The notes: generated by a model from the letters alone, not told the origin. DNA of 64,000 nt from Gemmatimonadota bacterium (GCA_026706845.1 JAPOXY010000024.1:4468-68467), one strand, 5' to 3'; counted from the first letter of the stretch, positions 10,686-20,623 are shown. Made by a program: numbers and translations.

Positions 10686-11186
10686 TCACTCCCTATCTCG
10701 TTGTCCCTCAAAAACGGACAACAATTCATAAAGCATAACCCCTGCAGCTACAGACACATTTAGAGACACTTTTGTTCCCAACATTGGAATATGCACAACG
10801 CCGTCGCACAAACGCAGTGTCTCGGGACGCACGCCCGTCACCTCATGGCCCAAAATCACAGCCACCGGCCAGCGATAACAAAAATTTCGAAAATCGACAC
10901 TATCTGGCGTCTGCTCTAATGCAACCACCTGCACACCTTGTGAGCGCAAATCGCCAATTACCTCTTCCGTATCCCGTTCATAATGCCAGGGCACGGTCTC
11001 TTCTGCGCCCAACGCCACGCGACTGATCTCTTTGCGCGGAGGACACCCCGTAAACCCCGTCAAATAAACCCCCGATGCATTGACCCCATCTGCCGAGCGA
11101 AAAATCGCGCCCACATTAAACAGTGAACGAACATTTTCCACAACCGCATATATGGGATATCCATCGGGTTTGGAAAGCAAATTCAT
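10686..11186 (-). CDS. SpoU/TrmH-family RNA 2'-O-methyltransferase
   Basis: A roughly 165-aa SPOUT-type protein (NVGAIFRSADG, ILGHEVTGV, IPMLGTKVSLNVSVAAG). The ATG at 11186 is preferred to the TTG used by the ORF track. Confidence 0.8.
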   Translation of the reverse strand: MNLLSKPDGYPIYAVVENVRSLFNVGAIFRSADGVNASGVYLTGFTGCPPRKEISRVALGAEETVPWHYERDTEEVIGDLRSQGVQVVALEQTPDSVDFRNFCYRWPVAVILGHEVTGVRPETLRLCDGVVHIPMLGTKVSLNVSVAAGVMLYELLSVFEGQRDRE

Positions 11187-11191
11187 CAGAT

Positions 11192-11233
11192 ACAAAAACG
11201 CAAGAAGTAAAAACGCTCTCGCGTCTTACTTCT
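11192..11233 (-). terminator. Possible intrinsic terminator after the YtxH-like gene
   Basis: An 8-bp inverted repeat AGAAGTAA (11203-11210) / TTACTTCT (11226-11233), followed on the minus strand by a TTTTT run (complement of 11194-11198). Confidence 0.35.
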
Positions 11234-11303
11234 CGCGTCTCACCTTTTATCGGTCAATTACTCGGGTAGTTCAATCCAGAAACTCACCCATCCTGAAATT
11301 CTT

Positions 11304-11522
11304 CTAATCTATATATCCCGCTTCAGCAGGTGATTCCTGAGATTTTGCGGAACCATTAAAGCGGGTGCGCACCCGTTGAACGGCCTCTCCCAGGCGCGAG
11401 CGCGTATTTCGCCCCGCTTCCGTTCCCAAAAACAATCCCAGAATAGCAAGGCCACCAAGAGCAAGGCCTACAACGAGTCCTACCCAGAAAAATTCGCGAT
11501 GCACTTCTTGTCGTCGCCACAT
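11304..11522 (-). CDS. YtxH-like small membrane or stress protein
   Basis: 72 aa, with a Gly-rich TM helix (WVGLVVGLALGGLAILGLFLG) followed by a GRNTRSRLGE amphipathic segment, as in YtxH-domain proteins. Confidence 0.55.
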   Translation of the reverse strand: MWRRQEVHREFFWVGLVVGLALGGLAILGLFLGTEAGRNTRSRLGEAVQRVRTRFNGSAKSQESPAEAGYID

Positions 11523-11691
11523 AACACACTCCTTGGAAATATCTCCCGATTATTTAACCTACAAATTTAAAATGCCCGTCTAATTTCAACCATACACGAC
11601 GCGAAGTCAAGCGGAAATAGGCATTCAGGAGCAGGCGAACCGACCGAAACAATTTATAGCGCAAAAAAAAATTATCCCTATTTTAAGGAAC

Positions 11692-12912
11692 ATGCCCAAC
11701 AAATGGATGCAAAAACTCGACCGTGCCATTGACGCTCAACGCAAAAAAATTGTACGCATCCGCCGCGATCTGCACATGTATCCCGAACCCAGCGGTCGCG
11801 AAGTGGAAACCACGCGCTATCTCGTCAAATTATTACAACAGACCGGATGCCATGTACAGACAGGTCCCAGAGGTTGTGGCGTTATAGCCGACAATACATT
11901 GGAAAAAACGCGTATAGGCATGCGAGCCGATATCGACGCACTTCGCATACAAGATACCAAAAACGTGCCCTACCGCAGCCGCGTACCAGGCGTGATGCAC
12001 GCCTGCGGACACGATGGTCATACAGCCACCGTGCTCGGTGCTGTTCTGGGCCTTCTGGAATGCGACCGGATATTGCCGTGGCCTGTACACTGGCGCGCCA
12101 TCTTTCAACCTGCTGAAGAAACCAACCGGGGTGCCAAAGACATGATTGCCTTTGGTGCCCTCAAAAACGTCTGTGGCCTGCTCAGTCTTCACCTCGACCC
12201 CTCGCGTCCAGCAGGCACAGTGGGCACGCGCAAGGGCGTACTCACAGCCAATTGTGCCGAAATAGAAATTTGCATCCAGGGCCGGGGCGGACATGCCGCA
12301 CGCCCCCGGGAAACGCGAGACCCCATCGTCGCTGCCGCCCAGGTCATCACTGCACTCTATCAATCATTGCCTCGCAATGTAGATGCCCACGACCCGATTG
12401 TCATATCAATTGGGCATATCTCTGCGGGCGAAAATCCCAACGTCATACCCGGCCAGGCTCTGCTTCGCGGCACCCTTCGCACCCTCAGTGACAGATCTCA
12501 AGCCCATGCTATGGATCACATCCTCAAAATTGCCAATGGCATAGCCAATCTCACCGATACGGAAATCGATGTTCGCTTTCTCACCGGTCCCTCATCGGTC
12601 AATAACGACCCCATACTCACCGAACTGATCCGCCAAAATGCCGTCAATTTATTGGGCCAAACACGTGTTCAGACCATTGCCAAACCGAGCATGGGGGGCG
12701 AAGACTTTGCCAATTATCTCGACCATGTGCCCGGCAGCCTGTTTCGACTGGGGTGCATGCCCGCCCGGGGCAGTGCTCCGCCCTTGCATGCACCCGACTT
12801 CGACATTGATGAACGCGCCCTGATCATAGGCGCCAAAATACTCGCACGCAGCGTCGTCAACTATTTCGATCCGTCGCGAAAAAAGAATGGAGATTGCCAT
12901 GACCCGACTTGA
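11692..12912 (+). CDS. M20-family amidohydrolase (N-acyl-amino-acid amidohydrolase/hippuricase-like)
   Basis: MHACGHDGH metal-binding motif, a QPAEE motif and length of about 400 aa. Confidence 0.9.
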   Translation: MPNKWMQKLDRAIDAQRKKIVRIRRDLHMYPEPSGREVETTRYLVKLLQQTGCHVQTGPRGCGVIADNTLEKTRIGMRADIDALRIQDTKNVPYRSRVPGVMHACGHDGHTATVLGAVLGLLECDRILPWPVHWRAIFQPAEETNRGAKDMIAFGALKNVCGLLSLHLDPSRPAGTVGTRKGVLTANCAEIEICIQGRGGHAARPRETRDPIVAAAQVITALYQSLPRNVDAHDPIVISIGHISAGENPNVIPGQALLRGTLRTLSDRSQAHAMDHILKIANGIANLTDTEIDVRFLTGPSSVNNDPILTELIRQNAVNLLGQTRVQTIAKPSMGGEDFANYLDHVPGSLFRLGCMPARGSAPPLHAPDFDIDERALIIGAKILARSVVNYFDPSRKKNGDCHDPT

Positions 12913-14014
12913 ATTTAATCCCAGTACGCAACCCACCCTCGGCGTGGAAATAGAACTGGCTCTGGTCGATGCCAATACCATGGCTTTGTGCAGCAAAAAT
13001 GCCGCGATCCTCAATCGCATTCCCGGCGAATATGCCGACAAAATCAAGCCCGAATTGATGCAGTGCTATGTTGAAATCAACACCGATATATGTGAAAGTG
13101 TCAGCCATGTAGAAGCCGATCTCAAGCCAAAACTCCAGACGCTATCCAGCGTAGCAGCCGCCGAGAAAGTCCAGCTCTACTGGTCGGGCACACACCCATT
13201 TTCCACCTGGCGCGAACAAAAAATCACACCCAATGACCGATACAGGGGCCTCGTCAACCTTCTCCAGGACACCGCCCGACAACTGGTCACATTTGGCCTC
13301 CACGTACACGTGGGCGTCAACAGCGGCGACAAAGCCATAATGATCTGCGACCGAATACTGCGCTATTTGCCCGTCTTGCTGGCGCTTTCTTGCAACAGCC
13401 CATTCTGGGAGGGTCGGGTCACGGGCTTGCACTCGTGGCGATCAAAAGTAATGGAGGGCCTCCCCACTGCTGGGCTGCCCCCCTTAATGCGCAACTGGAG
13501 TGAATACGTCTGGCTGATCAACCACCTCATCGACACCGGCTATATCGAATCCATCCGCGAAATCTGGTGGGACGTGCGTCCCCACCACGCATTTGGCACC
13601 GTTGAAGTCCGCATTTGCGACATTCCCGGCACTCTCGAAGACACATTGGGATTGGTCGCACTCGTACAGTGTTTAATTTGCAACCTGTCCGACGAAATCG
13701 ACCGGGGAATCTATCAACACGACAGCCACCCCATGCTCATCCGCCAAAACAAATGGCACGCCTCGCGATACGGCATCGAAGCACAACTGGTCGATTCCAC
13801 CTCTCACAACCTCAAATCCGTCCCCCAAATAACCGAAGAACTCGTCGAAAAACTGCTCCCCATGGCCGAACAACTCAATTGCGTACCCTATCTCAAACAC
13901 GTCCTCGACATGGCTCACCAACCCACCTGGGCGCAACGGCAAATGGACCTCCTTGCCCTCACTGGCGACCCCGCAGAAGTCGTCCGCCGTCTGATTAACG
14001 ATCCATCTTCTTGA
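12899..14014 (+). CDS. ybdK: Carboxylate-amine ligase, YbdK/GCS2 family
   Basis: N-terminal TLGVEIELALVD plus HVHVG and WWDVRP motifs typical of glutamate-cysteine ligase family 2. ATG at 12899 with a GGAGA RBS. Overlaps the M20 gene end. Confidence 0.88.
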   Translation: MTRLEFNPSTQPTLGVEIELALVDANTMALCSKNAAILNRIPGEYADKIKPELMQCYVEINTDICESVSHVEADLKPKLQTLSSVAAAEKVQLYWSGTHPFSTWREQKITPNDRYRGLVNLLQDTARQLVTFGLHVHVGVNSGDKAIMICDRILRYLPVLLALSCNSPFWEGRVTGLHSWRSKVMEGLPTAGLPPLMRNWSEYVWLINHLIDTGYIESIREIWWDVRPHHAFGTVEVRICDIPGTLEDTLGLVALVQCLICNLSDEIDRGIYQHDSHPMLIRQNKWHASRYGIEAQLVDSTSHNLKSVPQITEELVEKLLPMAEQLNCVPYLKHVLDMAHQPTWAQRQMDLLALTGDPAEVVRRLINDPSS

Positions 14015-14417
14015 CCGAATTGCCAACAGACTGCAGAAACTTCACAACTTCTGCGGCTTCCTTGCCTCCCTTTTTGGCATGGATCATCAGCGCAATCCCG
14101 TGTGGCCCCTTTTCATTTACAACCGCTGGATTGTCGTTCACCACCGCCTGTACGATTTCGAGCTTGCCCAGCATGGCCGCCGCAAACAAATCGATACGCG
14201 CGCCCTTGTTCAGCAAAAACTCGGCAATGTCCTTGCGACCCATGTGTGCTGCCGCGCCCAGTCCTGTTTCCCAGTCGCCGCCTCCCCAATCCCAGGAAGA
14301 ATTGACGAGTGCCGGTTCTTTCTCAAGCAGCTTTTTTACACTGTCGAAGTCGCCGTGCGCATCTTGGACAAATTGGTTGACGAGTTCTGGTGCAATAGCA
14401 GAATTATTTTGTGACAT
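13995..14417 (-). CDS. Ankyrin-repeat protein
   Basis: Ankyrin consensus stretches (AAAHMGRKDIAEFLLNKGARIDL, AAMLGKLEIVQAVV). 140 aa. Convergent 20-nt overlap with the ybdK-like gene. Confidence 0.8.
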   Translation of the reverse strand: MSQNNSAIAPELVNQFVQDAHGDFDSVKKLLEKEPALVNSSWDWGGGDWETGLGAAAHMGRKDIAEFLLNKGARIDLFAAAMLGKLEIVQAVVNDNPAVVNEKGPHGIALMIHAKKGGKEAAEVVKFLQSVGNSVKKMDR

Positions 14418-14577
14418 GTTTTCCTTCCTCTCTTGTCGCGGTGCAGCAAAATATTTTGACGATCTGAAAATTCAACAAATTTTAATAACATTTAACTGCG
14501 GATGCAACGAGAATGAAGAAAAGTTTCAGAGGGAGTTAATTCCTCCTTTGGACCTCTCTCCTCATCCGTGCTATAAT

Positions 14578-16257
14578 CTAAAATGCCCGACGAAACCGCA
14601 CCCAAACCCGCCAATCAACCGGATCATTCGCGTCCAGCGGACGGGCAAAAAACACGCGCAAATTATCGGTCTTTAATCCAAAACCCGCGCTCGTTACAAC
14701 CCGTGTTCCAACAGGCTCCTCATCTGGAAACCACGCCTTACCCGCATCAAAAAATACACCGATGCCAACATCATCCAGGGGCCAGTCATCTCGAAAATGA
14801 GCTTCGCCATCAACCCAATAAATCGCATTAAACAACACCATGCGATCTCCCTCATAAGCATTCAATCCATAACCTCTAAGCGAAGAAGGACCCCCGAGAC
14901 GATAGAGAAATTGCACGGGCACATGTCCTCGTCCAGTACCCGCGCGAACGCGCAAATTCAATTGGGTCCCACGCCCCGCATACTGATAGCGGCGCACATC
15001 CAGGATATAGCGTTCAAAATCAAAATCGCCTCCCAAAATACCACCTGCTTTCTCTGCCTGTGCCATTAAACGCCACCCCTGTCGAGACCGTCGGCTCGCA
15101 CGACTATCTAACTGTAGTGTCCCCATTACACTGCGCATTTGCCCGGACTCAATCTTGGGATTGGGGCGAAAATTCATTCGGCTACCCCATCGATCGCCGA
15201 ATAGATTCCAGGAAACGCTATTGGGCATCGACTCGAAAACATCTACACCCACCTGTCCTCGAACCTCTACCATGCGGTCAAAATCCCGAAAAATATAAGT
15301 ACTGGCCCCCTCCCGACGATAATAGTCTCTAAAATCGCGCCGCAACAAAAAGGCAAAAATCGAATTTTCTATTTCATCAATACGCCAATTATCTTGCGTA
15401 TTTGTCAACCCGTGCAATTCAAAACCCAGCGCAACTATGTTGTCCTTTGACGCACCAGAAAAAGTAAAAAACTCAGCACCAGCCTGATAATCCCATCGAT
15501 TACTTCCAAATCCATAACCCACTTCGCCATAGTGCGCCACCCCGCGCGAAGTGCGATATTTCAATGGCAAGCGCCAGCCAATAAAAACGCCATCCACGCG
15601 ATTGTAACGCACCAAAAAATCTTCGTGATCAACGCGCCAAATATTCGAAAATGGAGCAATACGCGCCTTCCAGGTCCTCAGGCGGTGGTGTGCTATGAGG
15701 GAGACAGGCGGTTTATATCCAGGCAATAAACGAGCAACGCGACCAAACGCCTCCACCTCTAATTCCCGACCAACAGTTCCCATTTTATCAATTTGAACAA
15801 CGCCAACCACATTGACCAGCGTTAAAGTGGCAGCCTTGCGATCATGGACCATTGCAAACAGACCAATAACAGCATCTGCTTCCTTCTGCAAATACACCAA
15901 TACGCGCTCGCGTTTCTTCCATGACTGAACGGTTATCTCCCAACCCATCGCATCTAAATATCGCGCAATTTTATCCATACGCATTGCAATCTCATCAATC
16001 GACAGAACATGTACGCGCACCAGCTTCAGATCTGATAGGGCTTCACCAATTTTTTTATTTTTACTTTTGACCCTTTCAGCGACCTGCTTCAACATCAATT
16101 GTCCAATAGACACATCCGCAGTGACATCTTTGGACTCAAATACATCCAGTGATTTAACCTCCACATAACCCAAATGACTGGAAATATCTTGTTGTGCATT
16201 CGCGATTCCAAAAATCAAAAAACAAATGACACTCGCGCACAAAATCATTCGGCACAT
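14578..16257 (-). CDS. Omp85/BamA-like outer-membrane beta-barrel protein with an unassigned N-terminal periplasmic domain
   Basis: Signal peptide (ICFLIFGIANAQQ), an LGGPSSLRGYG motif and a GVFFDAGKAW motif typical of surface-antigen (D15) barrels. The terminal residue is Phe. Confidence 0.65.
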   Translation of the reverse strand: MCRMILCASVICFLIFGIANAQQDISSHLGYVEVKSLDVFESKDVTADVSIGQLMLKQVAERVKSKNKKIGEALSDLKLVRVHVLSIDEIAMRMDKIARYLDAMGWEITVQSWKKRERVLVYLQKEADAVIGLFAMVHDRKAATLTLVNVVGVVQIDKMGTVGRELEVEAFGRVARLLPGYKPPVSLIAHHRLRTWKARIAPFSNIWRVDHEDFLVRYNRVDGVFIGWRLPLKYRTSRGVAHYGEVGYGFGSNRWDYQAGAEFFTFSGASKDNIVALGFELHGLTNTQDNWRIDEIENSIFAFLLRRDFRDYYRREGASTYIFRDFDRMVEVRGQVGVDVFESMPNSVSWNLFGDRWGSRMNFRPNPKIESGQMRSVMGTLQLDSRASRRSRQGWRLMAQAEKAGGILGGDFDFERYILDVRRYQYAGRGTQLNLRVRAGTGRGHVPVQFLYRLGGPSSLRGYGLNAYEGDRMVLFNAIYWVDGEAHFRDDWPLDDVGIGVFFDAGKAWFPDEEPVGTRVVTSAGFGLKTDNLRVFFARPLDANDPVDWRVWVRFRRAF

Positions 16258-16269
16258 ATTCTCCTCCGA

Positions 16270-17835
16270 TCAGAATAACAACAAACCCAACCCCACGCTG
16301 TACTCCATCCCACTATAATCCGTTTGCCCATCCACCGGCACAGCAAAAGGCTCGACAAACCGATTATAGCCTATGCGTCCACCCAGAACAAAAAACTTCA
16401 TAAACGGCACATCCAGTCCACCACCCCAATACAACCCATTCACTTCATCGACATTCTCATCCAATACTTTACCCGTGTACCGACCAACGCCTCCTTCGGC
16501 ATAAGGGCGCAGAGGTGAACGCCACATATTCAAAGGCATATAAATACGCAGACTGACCAGCTCAGATGACACGCCTGCTTTTTTTTCATCGTCAGCAAAC
16601 GAAAATCCCGAACGAGAATAATTGATCGAAACATGTTCTGTGGGCCAGAATCCAAAAATCCAGGCTTTGCTATCATCCCCCAGTTGCCAGGCACCCCTGC
16701 TGCGTTCAAGACGCCATCTGCCGGATAGCCTGTGTGGATAGCGGGCAGATGTCCCGATTGCTGGCTTCCTCAACGCAGGTCCTCGGCTTGTGGTTTTTTC
16801 GCGCACTTGAGAGCGAAAATGCCGATTCTCAAGCAAAAACCGCTCACCCTTTTTTAACGCGACCTTTGAATGCAACAATTGCATTCGCTGTTCAAAATGA
16901 ATGTCATAAACCTCGGGTTCCAATCCCAACTCGAGCGTTTGCCCGGCGGTCTTGTCCAGCTCTGCTACCAGTTGCTCCTGCGAATTGCGCACAAAAAATC
17001 GGCCATTCAACTCATCCGACAAAATCAAACTCGCCGACGTCTCTCGCACATCGGTCATCACCACATCGCCTGTACCCGTCATTTTAATATCATAAGCCGG
17101 ATGCTGCGCCCCTCCCTGCGTTTTTTCGGTTCGCTTCAGCGTATTGCGAAATGCAAACGCATACGCTTCGCTGAGTGTCACCTTACCATCACCAGTCACA
17201 TCTGCTGCACCCCGCAAGCCAGACACCAGATAATGCGTGAAAAACGATCCGCGAATGCGATCCGATTCTTGTGCAGCCTCATTTTCGGAACTCGAAGTCA
17301 AAAACGCATACCCCCGCATATCCGACGACGTATCGACCATAAAGGCTTTTTGCCTTTGCCCGCCTTTCAGGCGCGTAATAGCGCCCGAAGCACACGCATC
17401 CAGCACAGTAATATGCACATCCGCCTGAACGCTATTCATTGCATCGCGCAAAGCGCGATAGGTCAACCGATCTTCTCCCAACAGCAACCCATTTTCATCG
17501 GCATGCCCCGAATAATACAGGACAACTTCGATGCGACTCGACGATTGGGATGCTTTTATAACCCGAGATTGCAAATCCATCAAAACCCGTTTAAAATTTT
17601 CCAAACTCGGCTCGGCCAACAAAAATTGATCCTCAGATTCAACTCCCCCCATCATCTCTAAAACACGAGCAAAATGTTTTGCATCCGATACGGCATAACG
17701 CAGTGGTGTGCGTTTCACCCCACCAAAATTTGCGCCAGCCGCCAACACAAAACGCCGCACAACCTGTGTTGCCTCAATTCCCTGAGCACATAACAGCAGA
17801 CCGATCCCCAACAGTACTGCCCATCGGCGCAACAT
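16270..17835 (-). CDS. Caspase-like (peptidase C14) protein with a beta-barrel-like C-terminal region
   Basis: Signal peptide. Catalytic His in VVLYYSGHADENG and catalytic Cys in ITVLDACASG. The C-terminal 130 aa are rich in alternating aromatic and Gly residues and end in GLGLLLF. The ATG at 17835 overlaps the upstream stop (TGATG); a GTG at 17838 is also possible. Confidence 0.8.
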   Translation of the reverse strand: MLRRWAVLLGIGLLLCAQGIEATQVVRRFVLAAGANFGGVKRTPLRYAVSDAKHFARVLEMMGGVESEDQFLLAEPSLENFKRVLMDLQSRVIKASQSSSRIEVVLYYSGHADENGLLLGEDRLTYRALRDAMNSVQADVHITVLDACASGAITRLKGGQRQKAFMVDTSSDMRGYAFLTSSSENEAAQESDRIRGSFFTHYLVSGLRGAADVTGDGKVTLSEAYAFAFRNTLKRTEKTQGGAQHPAYDIKMTGTGDVVMTDVRETSASLILSDELNGRFFVRNSQEQLVAELDKTAGQTLELGLEPEVYDIHFEQRMQLLHSKVALKKGERFLLENRHFRSQVREKTTSRGPALRKPAIGTSARYPHRLSGRWRLERSRGAWQLGDDSKAWIFGFWPTEHVSINYSRSGFSFADDEKKAGVSSELVSLRIYMPLNMWRSPLRPYAEGGVGRYTGKVLDENVDEVNGLYWGGGLDVPFMKFFVLGGRIGYNRFVEPFAVPVDGQTDYSGMEYSVGLGLLLF

Positions 17836-18593
17836 CACCTGCCCCCTTTGTAAAGCGTAATGGCAAACTGCTCAAATTCTCTTCCCACCCTCAATGAATC
17901 GGGACCGCCCTCTGCCGCTTGTGCCACATCGCGCACGTCAAAAGACATATCTGCTGTCAAAAAATAAAACCGTTCCCACTTTGGAGCATCATCCAGTTCG
18001 TAAGAATAATCCAGAGACACCGGATCGCCCTGTATCAAGCGCACGGCACTTGTTCCCGATGAGGGCAAATGCCGCGTCACAGTGCCGCGCCCATCCACAG
18101 ACACAATCACCCCAAAAGGCTTGCCCGCCGCGCGATAAAAAATCTGAATCAAATCGCCTGTATAAGCCACACTGCTATCCGACAATTGTTCAATCTCAGA
18201 CGCCCTTTTTCGATATAGCAACAAATCCGGCTTTACGCCTTTTAACCGAATGCCATCCATCCCTTTCCGATCCCAGGGTGGCGGCACTTCAGGCCCCGGT
18301 AAAAAGATCGAAAAAACAACGGCGAGCAAAATCACAGCGGCCAATGCAAAACGCGGACCGAACCGCGATATACTCGACGGCCCTTGCCCCTCCGACCGGC
18401 GCGCAACCTGCCGCGCAACCCACTCAGCCGGATAGGACGCGTGAATTTCTCGATCTGACCCTTCCAATGCCTCCAGGCGCGCTCTCAAATCCGGGTCCTC
18501 ATCCAGCGCCCTTTGAACAGCTCTCATTTCTTCTTCCGGCAATTCATTCAGCCGAAAACGCTCCAGTTTCCAATCACCGCGTTGTCTCCTCAT
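17835..18593 (-). CDS. Anti-sigma factor, single-pass membrane protein with a DUF4384-like extracytoplasmic domain
   Basis: Cytoplasmic helical N-terminus, one TM segment (ALAAVILLAVVFSIFLPG) and a C-terminal domain resembling those that co-occur with caspase genes. ATGA overlap with the ECF sigma stop. Confidence 0.6.
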   Translation of the reverse strand: MRRQRGDWKLERFRLNELPEEEMRAVQRALDEDPDLRARLEALEGSDREIHASYPAEWVARQVARRSEGQGPSSISRFGPRFALAAVILLAVVFSIFLPGPEVPPPWDRKGMDGIRLKGVKPDLLLYRKRASEIEQLSDSSVAYTGDLIQIFYRAAGKPFGVIVSVDGRGTVTRHLPSSGTSAVRLIQGDPVSLDYSYELDDAPKWERFYFLTADMSFDVRDVAQAAEGGPDSLRVGREFEQFAITLYKGGR

Positions 18594-19063
18594 AGATCCT
18601 CCAACTTCTCCAGCGATTCTCGCAACCCCCGCAACCGCTTTCGCACTCCAGAAACCGACATCCCAACCTCCCGAGCGACTTCCGCCAATGTGAAACCATC
18701 CACAAAATGTAAAACCGCAATTGTTCGCGTCGAATCTCTGTGCCGGGCAAAAAGCCGGTCGAGCATCGCCCGAGCATCCAACCGCGATTCCAGATCTTCA
18801 ATCCCAGCAATGTGTATCAACTTCTCATCACCCGGCAGATCGAGCCGCTGATCGCGAATGCGATTCAAACACACATTGGTCGCAATGCGATATAGCAAAC
18901 TCGACGGATAGGTCGCTTTCAGACGATCCCGGCGTTGCAATACCCGCACAAAAACATCTTGCATGGCATCCATGGCGCGATCTTCATCTCGCAACAACCG
19001 CCGACAGCGACGCAACACCATAGGACCGTATTTTTGATATAACAATTCGACATTCATAAACAA
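18590..19063 (-). CDS. ECF-type RNA polymerase sigma-70 factor
   Basis: 157 aa with region 2 (DAMQDVFVRVLQ) and a region 4 HTH (GFTLAEVAREVGMSVSGVRKRLRG). Confidence 0.9.
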   Translation of the reverse strand: MFMNVELLYQKYGPMVLRRCRRLLRDEDRAMDAMQDVFVRVLQRRDRLKATYPSSLLYRIATNVCLNRIRDQRLDLPGDEKLIHIAGIEDLESRLDARAMLDRLFARHRDSTRTIAVLHFVDGFTLAEVAREVGMSVSGVRKRLRGLRESLEKLEDL

Positions 19064-19256
19064 CCCATCGCTTTATTTTTTTAACACATCACACAGACCA
19101 AAATGTTACTTTTTTTTGGCAGGCACAAGATCGAGATGAATTTAAACGCTCGCCTGTGAAGGAAAATTTGGTTGCTTATTTTTTTTATCCTTTATAGATT
19201 ATCTGTTCTGTCTAACAACCCCCGTCCCTCAAAAACGATTCCACAGGTCATAAACT

Positions 19257-20534
19257 ATGAGCACCCCCGAAACAACACGCGAAACGGCTGGCGATACACC
19301 AGCCAATGCCCCTTCAGACGACGCGCCCACTGTCGAAGAACTCGACAAAAAATACGCTGAAGACACACCTGATACCGAATTTGCCGCATTACTCGAAGAA
19401 AGCGATAAGCAGAGTCATCGCGAGGTCTCTACTGGCGATAAAGTCACTGGAACCATCCGCGAAATCGGTGACTCCACAGCTTTTATCGACTTTGGCGGCC
19501 GCAGTGAAGCATCAATAGACATTCAAGAACTGCGCGACGAATCGGGCGAATTGAAATACAAGGCTGGCGATACCATCGAAGCCTTTGTCGCCAGCACCGA
19601 TGGCGAAATACGCCTGGCATTTTCGTTGCGCGTTTCCAGTCGTCAACTCCTGCGTCAAGCACATCAAAACGACATGCCCATCGCCGGCAAAGTCACCGGC
19701 TTCAATACCGGAGGCCTTGTGGTGAATATCGGCGGCCTTCGCGCATTCTGCCCCATGTCGCAAATCGACACGGGATATTGCGACGACCCGGCTTCGTATG
19801 CGGGCCAAACCCACAACTTCAAAATTGTTGAACTGCGAGGCCGCAACAATGTCGTCGTTTCACGCCGCGCTTATCTGGAAGAAGAAAATCGCAAAAAAGC
19901 CGACGAGATGCGCCAAAAACTCTCAGAAGGTGAAGAAAGAACGGGAACCATTACACGCATAGAACGCTTCGGCTCTTTTGTTGACCTCGGAGGAGTTGAA
20001 GGTCTGGTACACGTCTCGGAAATCAGCCACACCCGTGTAGAAAATCCGCGCAGTGTCCTAAAAAAAGGCGAAGAAGTGCGCGTGAAAATAATCGGCCTCA
20101 AGAATCTGGGCAAAAAAAATGAGCGCATATCGCTCTCTATCAAAGCACTGGAAAGAGATCCCTGGGATACGGTAGCAGAGCGCTACCAATCGGGCAGCAT
20201 CATTACCGGCAAAGTCGTTTCAATCCAAAATTTCGGTGCCTTTGTCGAAATTGAACCCGGTATTGAGGGGCTGGTCCACATCTCGCAGTTCGTCTCGGGA
20301 AAACGCATCTCAAACCCCAGCGAAGTCGTTTCAGTCGGTCAAGAAGTCAAAACCTTGATCCGCGAAATCGATTTGGGTAAAAAACGCATTTCACTCTCAA
20401 TGCGCGCCGTTGAAGAACGAGATAGGCAAACGGCTGAAATTGAGGACATGGCCGCATTCAAATCCAAGCAAACGCAAGAGTCTCAAAGCGACAATGCCAT
20501 GGCCGACGCCCTTCGCCGTGCAGGACTCGCCTGA
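19257..20534 (+). CDS. S1 RNA-binding domain protein (ribosomal protein S1-like, four S1 repeats)
   Basis: Four OB/S1 repeats (GDKVTGTIREIG, IAGKVTGFNTGGLVVNI, RTGTITRIERFGSFVDLGG, ITGKVVSIQNFGAFVEI) and an acidic N-terminus. Confidence 0.85.
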   Translation: MSTPETTRETAGDTPANAPSDDAPTVEELDKKYAEDTPDTEFAALLEESDKQSHREVSTGDKVTGTIREIGDSTAFIDFGGRSEASIDIQELRDESGELKYKAGDTIEAFVASTDGEIRLAFSLRVSSRQLLRQAHQNDMPIAGKVTGFNTGGLVVNIGGLRAFCPMSQIDTGYCDDPASYAGQTHNFKIVELRGRNNVVVSRRAYLEEENRKKADEMRQKLSEGEERTGTITRIERFGSFVDLGGVEGLVHVSEISHTRVENPRSVLKKGEEVRVKIIGLKNLGKKNERISLSIKALERDPWDTVAERYQSGSIITGKVVSIQNFGAFVEIEPGIEGLVHISQFVSGKRISNPSEVVSVGQEVKTLIREIDLGKKRISLSMRAVEERDRQTAEIEDMAAFKSKQTQESQSDNAMADALRRAGLA

Positions 20535-20550
20535 GAGGCCGTTAAAATTC

Positions 20551-20616
20551 AGCGGTCAGTTTTGCGCCATCACGTCTCGTTGGGTGATCGTTAAAAACTG
20601 ACCGCTTATTTTTTTA
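20551..20616 (+). terminator. Rho-independent terminator after the S1-like gene
   Basis: A 13-bp stem, AGCGGTCAGTTTT (20551-20563) pairing with AAAACTGACCGCT (20594-20606), followed by a T-run (20609-20615). Confidence 0.7.
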
Positions 20617-20623
20617 TGTTAAA

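Noticed and set aside
19064-19256. Sigma-54-like TGGCAG motif and sigma-70 hexamers in the divergent ECF/S1 intergenic region
   Set aside because: TGGCAG is not followed by a TTGC element at the right spacing. The candidate -35/-10 pairs (TTGGTT...TTTATA) are weak and cannot be supported without transcription start site data.
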